NCBI GenBank assembly: GCA_965140785.1
Contig: OZ223510.1
Span: 241,857-305,856 of the forward strand
Source: an uncultured Ruficoccus sp.
GTDB lineage: Bacteria; Verrucomicrobiota; Verrucomicrobiia; Opitutales; Cerasicoccaceae
Direction of reading: 5' to 3'
DNA: 64,000 bases
Of the stretch, positions 42,064 through 57,083 are shown in pieces; the stretch's first letter is position 1; each line of letters begins with the position of its first letter. The notes below the pieces were generated by a model. It did no database searches. It saw only the letters and a list, made by a program, of their open reading frames with translations, and was not told where the DNA came from. A program made the position numbers and the translations under genes.

Positions 42064-42938
42064 TCATTATTTTTTAACATAATTTCTCTTAAGAGTTTCA
42101 CAGTGCATACATTTTGCATGCTTTTTAAAGTCACTAATAAATGTCATTTTATTATGGCAAGTTGGACAAATAAATTTTGATTCATTTGAATTATCATAAA
42201 GAGCCTTATTAATCTTTTTCTTCTCTTTATCTTTTTCCACAGGATTTTCATATTACTAGTTAAGAAACTATTAAAATTACCGAAATTTATCTTTATCTTA
42301 TTTCAATGTAGATCAAATTTTTATCAGTAATTAAATTCTATTATTTTTACAAACTTCTCTGAATTGCTTTTAATTTCATCTGAAAATTTTTTATTAAACT
42401 TATATTTCATTGCAGGAATTATCTCATTATTTTCGAGCATTGTTATTACTTTGTTAATTTACTTTAGTTAATTATCAAGATTACTTTGGATTTCTAATAA
42501 TTTTTCATTTCTAGGTACTATAAATTCCTTAGCTTTTTAATTTAAATATTCTTATTTAAAACTTGTAAAAATATTCGTAATTTCATTTATAATAGATGTT
42601 TGAGCCAAATTTATTTATTAAATAATAATATCTTCACTAGAATCTTCTTATTTATTTTTAATTATTTCAGAAATATTATTCATTTTATCATTAATAGCTT
42701 CAATAAAACTTTTTAAAATTTAAGTCTCTTCGTTTTTAATCTATCCAAATTCACGAATTAATGGAATAGTTTTATTTTAATAATGAGAATTTGTATGTTC
42801 AGGCAAACATTTACTACAAAGGGGTTCACAATGCCAAGCTGACGTAGTACAAAGAAAAATTATTGCCTCATTATGCTTTGAGCATAATTGAGGAGCTTCT
42901 TCTATTTTTTATTACAAATTTTATTCAGTTGATTGCAT
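42064..42938 (-). CDS. B-box-like zinc finger, coiled coil and C-terminal zinc-ribbon protein
   Basis: CSKH..FLCTTSAWHCEPLCSKCLPEH; C-terminal CPTC..CMHC. Confidence 0.65.
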
Positions 42939-43019
42939 TTTTGAAAATTAAATTATGTTATTTAAATATTTTAATATTTATATATTTTATTTGATTTTTT
43001 ATTTAAGATATAAAAAAAA

Positions 43020-43979
43020 ATGATACATTATGCTTCCTCTCTTCTGAAAAATTAGCGTTTTAAAAATTTGTATTCAGGTTTTATCTCTGGACTTATTTCC
43101 TGTGCAATAGTTTAACCACTTGAGGTTAGTACATGTTTTTATTAATTTGGTTTTAGGTAATAAAAACTTAAATTATTGTAAATCCTAATAAAATACCAGA
43201 AATAGATAATGGAAATTAATTTACTTAAGTTTATTATGCAGCAAAAAGTATTTATCAACACAAAAATGGAGGACTTAAAAACTTTACAAGAGGAAGTCTG
43301 ATTTCAAGCATCAGATAAGGAATAGGATTTGGAATTTATTCCATTCTCCTTGAAAATCTAAATTCAATAACGCCTGCTTCAGTTCCAAACTATATCAAAT
43401 ACACAGTAAATGCATTTGTTGGCAAAAGCTTAGCACTAATAATCTGCAATCCCTTGGTAATTTTGAAAACAAGAAAAGAATTAATAACAAACCAAACTCC
43501 TTCTTAAACAAAATTTCTAACAGGAATTCAAACAATAATCAAGGAGGATGGAATGATTGGATTATTCAAAGGTGCGAATTCAATGATTTCAAGAGAAGCT
43601 ACATTTTCTATTATTCATTATAATCTTTATTAATACTTGAAAATAAAAATGCCTTAAAATAAATTTCTTCCTTCTTTTATTGCAGCGATGGGAGCAATGT
43701 GTATTAGTTAGCCCTTTGAAGTGGTAATAAAACCTTTTTATTTACTTTTTTAAATTGTTTTAGATCAGAAATAGAATTTAGGTTCCGAAGAAATTTTAAG
43801 GAGGATAAGAAAGATAATATAAAGGAATTGTTGATGGATTTAATAAAATTATAAAGCATGAAGGAGCTTCTGGATTATTTAAGGGATTTTTTATCATGTT
43901 TTTAAAAAAACCATTAAATACAACTATTACATGGGCTTTATTTGAAAGTATGAAAGAATATTCAAAGAAATAAAAATGA
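43020..43979 (+). CDS. Mitochondrial carrier family protein (SLC25A38/Hem25-like)
   Basis: QPLEVIKT, NPLVILKTR and QPFEV carrier signatures; ITWALFE near the C-terminus; ends in TGA. Confidence 0.8.
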
Positions 43980-46837
43980 ATAATTTTAAATACAATAAAA
44001 ATTAAATGCAAATACATATTTAAAGTTATTATTTATTCATTATAAGAGGAAACTTTTCTCTTCTTTGGATGCTTTTCTTTTAATTTTTAATTTTCTCAAA
44101 AAAAGCAGCAACACCAAATTTTCAATTTATTTTTCTTTATTTTATTTAAATATGGCTCAAGTAAATTTTAAATTTATTTATTCGAACTTTACTTATAAGC
44201 TTTCATTAAACTTTAATTTCCTCATTTAATTTTAAAAATTAAAAATTTTACAACTTCAATATGTCCCCATCTAAAAAACGATTATTTATTAAAATTAAAC
44301 AAATAAATACCTTGCTGCTACTGTTAAAATATCTTCTTCCTATTCATTTTTTTAAATTCTGCAAGAAAGTTATGGAATTGCCTAGAGTTCTAGCAATTGC
44401 TGAACAAGTTTTAAATAGCCATTCTAGCAAGCTATATATAAAATTGTTCTCCCATATTTATCTTTTTAATTTATTAATCTGTTTGGATCATCATTTGAAA
44501 AAAAATTCCTTTAATTAAAATATTTATAGTTAAATTCATACTATTTTGGATCATTTTTTAATAATTATTTTATCAATTCAATATCTTCTGCGCTACCTCT
44601 ATTTGCTGCCTTAAACAACATATTTTTTCTTTTAATTTATGTAAGCTCAGCTTAGCAACTCCATTATTCTGATTCTTAATTATCTTTCATAAAATTTTGT
44701 TTTTGAGGATAATATTAATAAGATGATCTCATCATATGATAATCATATTCATTCTTCAAAATACTATTATTTAAGTACAATATACTTCATTATTTATGTA
44801 TTCGGTTTCCGTTTTTTAAAGTTTGCAAATTACAGAAATAGCACTAAATATCTTATGAAATTTTTTTTTTGAAAGGGATGAAAATGATGATTACTGAGAA
44901 ATATCACTGTTGTTTCTTACATAACAATCCGTTTAATTGTAGTTACTTTTTTTCTTTTGGCTTTATTCTTCTTTGTTTATTTTACTATCATAGTTCAAGC
45001 TTGAATGTATTGCAATTTAAATGTTATTTGAATGATTTTATTTGCTTATAAATAATGGGGGCTTTCCTTAGCGACATTTTTATTTCATTTTTAAATATAA
45101 TAATAATTTATTTCTTAATATAATAATTAAACAAAATTAAATTAAATTATAATATTGAAAAAATAAAATCTTTGAATACTTATTTTCATCAATAATGCTT
45201 AATTGATTCATAATTCCACCTTTAAGCATCTTTCTTTATTAAACAGCACCCCTTATTATTAAACATTTTCAAAAAATACAAAAATACTTCTGAATTTCTA
45301 TTCTAATTCATACAGCAACTCCAAGCTTCATAATTTTTTTTTTCTTCCTAACTATTACTAAGATCTTTAATCCCTCTTTATGAAATAGAAAGTGGTGATA
45401 GCTTATTAGGTTTAGCATAAAAAATCTACCAGACTCCACTGTGGTAATATTTTTTTGTCACTTTAGGTTTTAAGGTCTTTGATAGGTTTGGATAGAATGG
45501 TTTTTTTGTTCCAAATTCCTTTAGTAAATTTGTTGTTTTATTTTTTGTATTTTTCTTACTATATCATCATCCACTTATTTTAAATTTTTTCGTTCGTAAG
45601 CGATTCTGAATACAACTGCATCAATTTTTTAATCAGAAGCTGAGGGGTTTTAAAATTAATAACTAAATAAAAATATTTGTATTCTATTATTATTAGTTTA
45701 CTCTTTTCTAATTTACTCTCTCATATCCCTTTCATTTTATTTATCCTCTCTAAGCTGATAAGTTAATTAATTTTATCTATCAATTCCAGATTTATAATCT
45801 TTAATAATAATAATAATTAAATTGCTTGAAAAAGGAAATAAAACTTTAAATCAATTCAGCTTATTTTCTTTTCGTCATCTACCACGCTTTTTTAGTTCTA
45901 TTGTAAAAATAATAAAAAATATTAAACGAAACCTATCCTCCAAATTCTTTGCTTACTCAAAATAATTCATCTAGGTATGGACATTTCAATCTATTAATTT
46001 ATAATTTTCCCCATAAAAAATAAATAACCATAAATTCCACTATAATAATTTCTTGTATCACATCCTTCATAAATCTTAGGTTCTGTGTAAGTCGGACTCG
46101 AATGATCAAACATCCCAAGCTTTATCTATTCTTTTTATTCACAAACAAACAAAAATAAATAATAATATAAAACTTTAATCATTTTTCTTTCAAAAGTTTC
46201 CTCTAATAAAGGATTTTTGGGCACAAAAACACTTGTATTCCAATTACGCTTTCTCAACCCCAAAAAATCTGGATCAGTTTCTTCTTTCATCTTAGCAACT
46301 ACTTCCTATGCTTTCTAAGGAACATCATCCTTTGAAAAAAAGTGCTCGTCTTTATCATAGTTTATTCTTGTATTCTTTATTGAGCCTACTCTTGGTTAAG
46401 CTTTAGTATGTGAATTGAATTAGTTTGTTATCAGTTCTTCATTCTTTTGTAATATAATGGAGAGTAGAAAGAGTTTACTTCTTTTTTTAAGCGGTCATCG
46501 TAGGCTTACTTTATAAACATTTTTTTAGTTCTTTTAAGTTATAAATTTTTATTTATTTATTTAGTTTTTTTTTTTTGGTAATTTAATTTTAATAATGTTC
46601 TATAAAATATCTTTTTCATATAAATATGTTAGAATATGTTAAAGAAAAGAGCCAAAGCATCCTGAAATACTGTATATATTTTAATGTCAAAGATAAAAAA
46701 ATCAATAAATAATTAAATTTAAAACTTCCAAGTTAATTTAAAAAATTGCGAATTGGAAATATAAATCAAATTGTTTATTATTAATAATAAAATAGCCAAT
46801 TACAATTAAAAATATTATTTAAAACCCTTTAAACTAA

Positions 46838-47287
46838 ATGAAATACCTTGCTGCCTATTGTTTAGCTGCCCTTTCTGGAAAGAAAGTTGTTGGTAATGCA
46901 ACCCTCTCAATTTATATTAATTTTTGCTTAAAAGCCAAAGATGATATTGTGAAAATCTTAAAATCAGTTGGCATTGAGCCCGTTGCAGACAATATTGACC
47001 GCCTATTAAATGCTATGAAAGGAAAAGAACTCCACTAAGTTTGCTTTATTATTAGTAAAAGTTTACTAGGTAATTGCTGAAGGATTGAAAAAAGTAGGAA
47101 CTCTTGCAGGTAAAACTTTCTTTAATAAAAATTAATAGCCCCAGCCGCTGCTGCTGCCCCAGCAGGTGCAGCCCCCAAGAAGGAAGAACAAAAGAAGGCA
47201 GAGCCAAAGAAGGAAGAACCAAAGAAGGAAGAGGAAGAGGAAGTTGACTTGGGTGCAGGTGGACTCTTTGGTGATGATGACTTTTGA
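46838..47287 (+). CDS. RPLP2: 60S acidic ribosomal protein P2
   Basis: MKYLAAYCLAALSGK, Ala/Pro hinge, EEEEEEVDLGAGGLFGDDDF-TGA; three short introns. Confidence 0.93.
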
Positions 47288-47506
47288 TCAACTCAAAAAA
47301 TTCATATTTCATAGCAATCCTTTGTTAAATTCAAATTAAATTTAATTTAAGTTCAATTTTAGCTCTTTTCTTTTTATTTTTATCGTCTTAATTTGTTGAA
47401 CATTATATTAAATGGTTTATTGTTGAAAATGCAAAATTTTTCTAAAATATATATAAAAATATCAATTTATAAAAAATTTTTTAAAAAAAGAAGCAAATCT
47501 AGATTT

Positions 47507-48418
47507 ATGGAAAGAGGCGCAACACTTGCCCAAACATAATCAAGCAGTATTATATGGAAATTCATCAAAGAGTACTCTTCATTGCAAGCAATTATTATAT
47601 TTTAGAAAAATTCTATCTAATAATATACTTTTTAATTTCTACTCTGATCCTCGTTATTCAAAAACTATAAACAACACACGAAAGTTTAACAGTTTTCATA
47701 ATGTAATTTATTTTAAACTTATTTTTTAATTCAATAAGGTTGCTGAAACTTGTTAACTGTTTATTCAAATTTTTGTCTTTTAAAAAACTTAATAATAAGG
47801 CTTATCAATAGCCTTCTCAATATTAAATGTTATGAATATTTTTAGTAATATGGTAGGGAGTCGTAAAGGAACTGCTTAATATATTCGATATGTAACTTAA
47901 AATTTGTTTTTAAGATTAATTAAAGATGATGATTGTTTAGTTTTTAGTTTTTTTTGCTTTTATTGTAGTATTTGCTTTTTTGGTTGAAAAGTTTCTTATT
48001 TAATTTATTTTTCATTCTTTAAAAGGTATAGAACTTTTAGCTTCATATGTAATGAAATAAAAACATTTTATGATATGAAAAATATATCTGAATATGAAGC
48101 CAAATCTCTATGTAATTAAATCAATTTATATTATGTTATATAAATTTCTGTTGCCGTAGCCTTTATGATTGTTCGAGTGAGCTTTTTTTTGTTTTTTTAT
48201 AAAATCTTCTTTTTTATTAAGTGTGGAGGAACTGTTTTAGCTTTTCAAGCTTTTCAATACATTAATGCTAAACTTACTGGTGAATGATATTTATTTTATC
48301 ATACTGCTTAGAGGATGAAAGAAAAAGAAGAAGAAAGCTTCGTTATGAAAGAATGGCCTAGCGCAAGGATAAAAATAAGAAGCAAGCCAATGAAAATGAA
48401 GAAGATCGCTAATTATGA
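47507..48418 (+). CDS. Hypothetical membrane protein (approximate)
   Basis: Hydrophobic exons and a charged C-terminus ERKRRRKLRYERM. Confidence 0.4.
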
Positions 48419-48633
48419 TGATTAACTATAAATTCGAGTTTATTTTGTTAATTTTAATATATTTAAAAAAAATTATTTTAATAATTTTAATTCTTCAATA
48501 CTCCTAATATTTTTTAAGTCGACAACAAAGCTTTTAATTAAATTATAATACAAGTTATAGTTTTTCTTATTTTATAATGTTTTTGATTTCAAGAGAAAAT
48601 TCGTGATAAAAATAAATTAAATTAAATTCAGAA

Positions 48634-50100
48634 ATGGAAATAAACAAGAAAATTATACCAGCCTTTTTGCTAAAAACATATGAAATACTTGAAGTAAATT
48701 ACTAATGTTATTTTATATAAACATTTTTTTGCTCAGAATACTAAGTATAAACAAATAATTTGTTGAAATAAAGCTGGGTCATCCTTTTTAATCAAAAATT
48801 TAAATGATTTTACTGAATATATTTTGCCAAGCTATTTTAAGCATAAAAATTTTTCATCCTTTGTAAGACAGGTAAATAATCTTTATCATAATTTTAAACA
48901 TTATTCTATTTTTTAAATAATTTGTTTTAAGTTGAATATGTATGATTTTCATAAAACAAAAAATGAAGCTAATGAGCATGAATTTAGTCATAAATTATTT
49001 CGAAAGGGATAATAGTAGATAGAATAATTATTTTATATTTAATTTTATTCTTTTCAAGAGACAAATTAATAGAAATTAAAAGAAAAGAATCAAGCAAAAT
49101 CAAAAAAAAAGATGAGGAGATATAAAAAAACAATTATGAAAATGTAATTTTATTTTATTTGTTTATGAATGGTTAGATTGATTACTTAGAAAAAAAAATT
49201 TTCGTTTATGAAAATGTTTTAAAATAAGTTATAGAGAATAATTTCAAATTTCAAATTAATATAAAAGAATATTGGGAACAGTTATTTAGCTTAAGGTAAA
49301 CAGTTTATTCTTGGATCAGTGATTTTAGAAATTAATAAGATATTGAATATTAAAATTTATTTGAAGAAATTAAATCAATATTAATATGGGGTAAAGACAA
49401 TGAAATTTAAAACAGTTCAATATTTATTGTTTTTTTGTAATTATTTTATTAATCAGAAAAAATTTTACCATTAACTAACGAACCTCACAATTTTATTTCT
49501 TCAGATAATTCTAATGAATTATTTCCTTAAATTGCCTATGAAAAAGAATGTATTTCTAAATTTCTAATTCAAAAGATTTTATTAATTTAAAAAAATTAGA
49601 TGATATTTTGAGTTAAAAAGATTTGCAAACAAATAAATGTGAAATGATAGACATTTAAAATATAATATTAGATCCATTTCTTTCATAAAGTTAATAAAAT
49701 TCTGCAATTGATACTTTGCTTTCTGCTATTGATAAGCTCACTGGCTAGAAATTTTAATAAAAGCGTTTATATTAAATCGAAAAAATTTGCAATTTATTGA
49801 ATATTTCTTTTCATGAAAACCAATAATTTTTACACAATATCTAATTTTAATTCAAGTAAAAAGAGTTACCATAATTAGGTGCTAATGAATCGAATAGAAA
49901 TTTTAAGCATAAAAAAAAAAAGAAATTAAAATTGAAAACATTCTTAAAAAAAATTAAAGCAACAAAAATAAAGAATAATTAATGGACTTTATATTAATAA
50001 AAACATTCAGAAGAATTACAATTTGAAGAAGAGAAAAATAATAATAACTGCTTGGCAAATACAAAAAAATATATTGATGATATCTAATTGGGCAATATTG
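48634..50100 (+). CDS. HSF-type DNA-binding domain protein (3' end approximate)
   Basis: [13 protein letters not shown] | IIC[TGA][24 protein letters not shown] | LNMYDFHK. Confidence 0.88.
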
Positions 50101-50295
50101 ATAATTTTCTTGAATTTTGATGAATAAATTATCAGAAATAAGTAAATTTAATATAATTTGAAAAATTATATTCTCCTTTAACAATTTTATAATATCTTTT
50201 CGAATAAATATTCTTATAAAATAATATTAATTTATTCATATTTAAAAATAAATTATTTTATTGATTAAAATTAATGGTTGTATGAGATTTTAAAA

Positions 50296-53200
50296 TCAAT
50301 CATGCAAATTAAGATATTTTTATAAAAAGCTTCTTATTCCTTTACTATCTTAAATTATTTAAATTGGAATCATTGTCAAAATAGTTTTTGTATTAGATAA
50401 CTATTATTATTATTAAAAATACAAATAAAATAACCTCAACAGACAATTTATGAAAAGTCGGAAGCCAGAAAATAGCATAAATAACGACTAAAAATACAAA
50501 GAAAATGATCATAAGAGTCAATGACAACGAATTAATCGCATCATAATAATCCTCAATTTCTGTTTACAACTAATCCATCATTTTTCGATAAAACACTCTA
50601 AAATAAATATTTTACATTACATCTATAATTATAAACTTAAAAAAAACTAAAATAAAAAACTTGTTTGCATAGATTACAGTGTCTGCAGAATAATGATATA
50701 AGATGAATCAGCAACATTATTTTCATGATCAACTTAAAAAAGAGTTTAGCCTTCTTCTTCATCATTTAATACCCTTTCATCCGAAGTTTCAGTGGAAACA
50801 CTTGTAGTGTGTGAGCTACCGTAATCAACTGTAAATAATTTTCCTTCATCGATATTCAAATGCAACATTAGCATGAATTGTAAATCTGAAAAGAAATAAG
50901 GAACAGAAACAGATAATCCCTTAAAAAATAAATATATATTTTTAAATAACTTCATCAATAATTCCATTAGAAAAGTTCTAACAGTTTTCGATACTTGTAA
51001 TTTCAAGTGTTTCTGCTAATGTACAGGTATGATCCATCATAACGTTATCAAACAACGCATTGTATTCACTTTGATGATGTTCACTATTATAAGAATGTAC
51101 CTTAAATAAAAAATTATAATTATTAGTTTTTTTACTTGCTCAATGTTAGAATTTATTACATAGAGTTCGGAAACTAAATTATTTAAGTATTCATATTCGC
51201 TTAATTCAGTAAGTGTCATGAAATAATTCATAGGATCAGTGTCCTATTAATTATTATAAATTTTTTATTTTAGTAATAACATCTTATGATTCCCTCAGAA
51301 TATTATTAGCAAAACCTAATCGCTGTTCAAAAAAACTTGTATGATTGTATTCCGGAAAAATATTACTGAATTTATTTTCATAAGATTTTGCCATCAAATA
51401 TATAGTCTATAGAGTAGTATTTAAAACAAATAATAATAATTTACCACAAAGAATACTTCTAATAGCACACTAAGAATAATCATATAAATCAAATATTTAA
51501 GGACTCCTTTTGAATCTATTTTATATTTCCTTCTTCTTCCTCGTTTATTTCCGGAATATAATCCAATTTCCTATTTTAATTAGAATTATAATAAATTATT
51601 AGAAAACATCATTATCCTCTTAATCCTATTATTACTCTTCATTGATAGAAACAACTTCCTCTTCATCTCCTACTTATAATTAATTTAAGAAATTTTCGCA
51701 TTGAGCAAATAAGAATTTAATTTTTGAAACAGGAATATCCAAAAATATCTTTATAAAGCAAAATGAAGAAAAATATTAAAAATGTTTTACTATAATAACT
51801 TCCTTTGAATATTAACTGACTCTATAAAAAGAATAAGCAATAAACAATCCTGAGAAAAAATTAATCAATATGCTGAGGATAAAGAAAACTACATCTGATC
51901 CATGTGAATTATTTAATCTTTTTTAATAATAAAAATAATAATAATATTTGAACTCATCTAATTACTGAGTATATGCTAAACTGGAATCAAGAGCAGAAAA
52001 ATAAAATACTGTGATTAAATTGATTTCCAAAAAGAATTACGTTGGATTTGTTAAAGTAAAATTTTATAAATCCGACCTTTTTAAATCAATACAAATTAAT
52101 TATTCATTTCCTTACTTCTACATTTCAATACTCTTAGTAATAATTTATTAAGTTGCTTCATTTAGATCAAACAATCTTGTCACAGCTGATCCTTGTTCCA
52201 AAAAAATCAAATGCACAGTATCCTCGTAAAATAATTCATAATTTCTTTCATTTAGACTAAAACTATTCGAAAGCAGATATTCTTAGATTTATTCTAATGA
52301 TTTTATTGAATCTTCTAATTATTCTTTGTAGAGCTCTTCATTATGGAAATTGTCTTCTTTTAAGATATTTTTATTCATCATTCTTAATTAAAATACTTTA
52401 TTTAAGATCGCTTATCTAATTAGAATGTAAAAATAAAAATAATTTTTAACGTTTCAGCATTTCGTAAATTTGAATACTAAATTAATTTATATTCTTTTGA
52501 AATGTTCTCCAACTTACTGGAAATAGATATTTAATTCCACAATGCCAGTCCACCTAAAACATACAATAAATAATTATTAAAAAAGACCTAATAAGAAAAG
52601 CACAATAATAGCAAGCAATTTAAGTAATGTCAACCATCCTGATTTTTTAAATTTACCACTTTTTAAAAACAATCGAAATGATTTTTTATTTTTGAAAACA
52701 TTTCGAGTATTATATTCAGATTCGTTTTCCATTTCCTTTTTTCAATTATTTTTAGAAATTTACCTGCAGATCATCCTTTTCTTAAGAACCTTATTAATCA
52801 TCAACTTCTTTTTCATCCTCTTCGACATTTTCTATTAAATTTTAATAAAAAATTATGAAAACCTTCATCAGAATCATAATTTTTCAATTCCTCAATATTC
52901 ATGATCCCATCCCTCCATAGGCGATAAATCTACATAAAAAATAAATATCGAACCCCAAAAAAAAACTTTAATTCCAGCAGCATAATCAGTTCGATCTAAT
53001 TTAACTTCCTTTTTACCTTCAATTTCTTTCATCTTTGTTTCTTACAACTATTAGAAGATTTTAGATTCTTAAATCCCTTAAGATTTCTATAATTTTTTCT
53101 TAATTCGACTTGAGATTGGCTACGCAGTTTCCTCTTCAATAATTTTAGCTTAAAAAATATAATAAAACACCAAATAATAAATCACTTTCGATATTAATCG

Positions 53201-56200
53201 GCTAAGCATTATCACTATTAAAAGATTAATCCTACTATGATTCTTTATCACTATAATAAGCAGATTTCAATACATTATCATCATCCAAATGCGATGCGTT
53301 CAATAGTCCATTGCCATAAGTGCCTACCATGCCTTCCTTAATTTCACCAATATACATTTATTAACTTTTTATTCAAATAATAATTAATATATAATATACT
53401 TCATTTCAAACCGCATATTAAAATATTTCCTTACAGTAATCACTTCTTACTGTTTCTTAGATTATCGTATAGTTTCATCTAAATGCTAAGAAGCATCCCA
53501 GCTAGCTTTCGGTTCAAATCTTAGAAATGCTGCGATTGTTGGCAGCTTTTAAGGTTAAAAACGCCAGCCACTCACTTCCATTTCCGCTTTTGGAAGTTTT
53601 AAAGGAAAAAAGAATAAAAGTAACTACGATTTTCATCTTATGTTTTTGATTATCCTGTTACTGTTATTATTGTTCCGCCCTTTTAATATATACTTTCCTC
53701 TTCGCTATGAAAATCAGGAATCTAATGCATATTTTAAAAGAATTAAAGCGAAAAACTAAATCCGAAATGTAAATCTATTTTCTCGAAAGTTTTTTTAAAT
53801 TAAGTCCCAGAATATTAATAGATGCTTTATAAAAATATTATATTTTGTTTTTTTACAGGATGAAATATTTTCCACTGTTTTTGTATCATAATTTACAAGA
53901 ACATAAGCATAATTTCGAAAAGCTTTTTCAGTTTTGAAGGTTGCCATCATTTAAGCTCCTTAGACAATTGATGTTGCATGCTAGTTATGAATTAATAAGG
54001 TAATTTAAATACTTTTATTGAAATTGTCATAGGAAAGATATAATTCATTTTGGTTTTGCCTGGAAAAAGTCTTTATTTTCCAATTACATTTTTTGATTCT
54101 AGTATACTTAAATAATTATCCTTTTTTGGAAAAAATATTAATTAAATAAATTCACCATAATTTAATCATGATATTTTGCAATAATATTTGGCATTAAAAC
54201 ATTAATTTTTCTATCTTTAGAAAGTTTAATATGAAAAAATTTTAAAAAACTTAATAATTCTGTTTTATTGTACCCAAAAGTTACGGCTGCTGCTAAATTT
54301 ATATTTGTAATAAACCCTAAATTTTCCTTTAATGAAATAAAAAAAAATATATTAAAAATTTTAAACATCCTCAATTGATATGTAAATCACAGGATTAGCA
54401 TCATTTTCACCTTGATTTGTTCCTTCTTACTAAAATTTTTTAAATGCCTATGTCCTTATTCTTAAAAAATAAATAAAAAAATAATTAATTTACCTTTACA
54501 TGATTTTTTCTGCTTAATCTTTATCATTTGCAATATGCAATAAATATTAAGAATAAAATCTTAATGAAAGTCTAATTTAATCAATATATTTTACCTTTAA
54601 ATTCTTTATAAATCCATTCCCATTATAATAAGTCTGTTCCAAATTTCCTTAAAGAGGGAAATTAATTATAATTAATAAATTACTTCAATTTGGCCATTAT
54701 AATAACTAATTTTATTTCCATCTTCTAGAAGTTTCGACAAATCCGGCTAATCCTCTGCTAACTATTACCAAAATTCAAGATGTTTTTAAGCTGATCTTTC
54801 AATTGTCTAAGTCCATAATTTATAATTATTTTAAAACGCTATTTCACTCACAGTAGACTAATAATATTTATAACTATATTTAGTAATTTAAAACTGATTC
54901 AGCAACAATTCCAGCAATCTTACTCATTAGAGATATCGTTGTCTAATTACTTTCACGTTAATCTTCTAGAATTTCATATTCAATAATACGTTTCAAACGG
55001 TAAATCATAAATTATTCATCAAATGATGCATTTGAATTCTCAACAATATTTATTTCCTTTAAAAAAAGGTTTTTTGATAAATAATAATAATATACTTATA
55101 AAGCTTGTTACTTTCGTTTGATTTTGTCGACTAAAAACAAAGCATGTGATATTCTCAGCCCAACATGATATGGAAATCTAGTTAAAACTAAAAAGAAAAT
55201 TATTTAACCTTTGAATTGCATAAAAATAAAAAGTTGATATCATATAATATTGCCTAATAATATGAGAAGTATCCTCAGGATTCTTAAAGATTTTTGCTAG
55301 TTTCTTTGTTTTTGTAAACCTTGATTCAATAAACTTATTTTGTTTTTAAAAATAAACGATTTAAATGCTGGGCAATTGTCATTATAGCATATAGTCTTAT
55401 GATACTCTAAAAATCCATCCATTAAAATTGCAATATTTTGATTAGTATCTAAAGGGTATTTATTTACGAAAAATAAAAATTACGATAATATGATAAAAAT
55501 TTTATCAAATATTAGCAATGAGCAATTACATCATTTACTTCTTCTATTTTATTTGAGTTCATTAAAAATATGTCAAATCTAAAGAATAAATATTTAAACA
55601 AAATTTTTATTAAAAACCTATATTCTTTTCTTAAAAAAACAATCATTACAAGAATGATGAATCCTAAGCATCATGTTAAAATTGTTGCATCATAAAATGT
55701 ATCCTCAGTAATCTATTTTAAAGATAAATAATTAAAAGTTTATGCTTTTGCTATAATAAGCATAAATGCTGTCCAGACATTAATTGCATGAATTCCTATA
55801 GTTAATTTATGGAAATGTAACTTATTAAAATATAGAAATGAATTTGCCTTAAATAAAAAAGTATTATTATTTTGTCTAATAATAACTTTTGAAAATAAAA
55901 TTATTGCTCCAAAACTATATAAAATAAGTAAGAACACATCAGAATTTGAAGTTCTGATAAAAGTGAAGGCAATTATCAGAAATACTTTGTAAAGCATAAA
56001 ATATATATCTAATCTGCCATTTGATCTAAATTTAAATAAATAAATTATAGATTAAATTACTTTGCAGTAGCACTTTCACTATTTAACCTAAAATCAAAAA
56101 ATATTAAGCTTATAATAACTCCAAAGCATAAATTGATAATTATTCCCTTTTCAAATTATAGATTAAAATATATAAATAGTTACAAAAATACTAAAAAATA

Positions 56201-56911
56201 TTGCGACTATATGAATTCCTTTAAAACATTCTTAATTAGTAAATTGATTATGCATCAATTAATTATTGACATAACTGCAATTAAAGACTGCTCAAAACAT
56301 TTCCATAAAAGGGAAAAAAAGTAATGGTAAATATACTTTTTAAATAAATATAAATGAAAAAATAATGTACATTCACAAAATATTTTAAACAAAACAAGCC
56401 AAATACCGCCAGATTTCTTTTTATTTAAGAGATAATTAATTCAAAACATTAAAGCTATCATAAGTGCTTAAAATATGAGAATTATTAATACACTATTTAA
56501 ATTTTTAAAAAATTAATTTATTAACATTATCCAATAAGAAGAAAAAAGATCTTCACTAAAATGGGCTAGCAAAGTAAATGAATTAAAAATATCTTAAAAA
56601 GTGTCTTTTGAATCAATTTTTCATAAATGCAAGAGCTAAAATTTTATTTGTTTAAGTTAAAATAAATTACAGCTTTTCCAAAAGCAAAATGAATAATTTA
56701 AGCAATTTCTATAGTCTACAAGCATACTTTGATTGGTTAAGGAAAAATATCATCGCCCCCAATTATTGAATTAAAAAATCCAAAAATTGTAAATTTTAAG
56801 GAATTCAATATTTTATGTAAATAGGATCTAAAATTAAAAGAAATTAAACAATTTATACTTGTCTTCTTCTATTAATTAATTTTCTTAATTTCTATTTAAT
56901 TTAATATCCAT
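50296..56911 (-). CDS. Large multi-TM PAS-domain-type protein of an expanded ciliate family
   Basis: N-terminal TM block, GFITNINLAAAVTFGYNKTEL..KINVLMPNIIAKYHD PAS-like segment, C-terminal TM and ILTMIPIQII; many short introns. Confidence 0.7.
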
Positions 56912-57083
56912 TTAAATACTTAATGGTTGCACTAATTTTTAAATTTGAACAAAATTAATTTAAAATATTTTATATAATTATAGGCAAAAGTTATTTTTAT
57001 TTTTTTAAATATTCAAGACATATAAAAGCATTAATAAAAATCAATATTTACTTTATTAATCTTATCAATATTATAGCCTATAA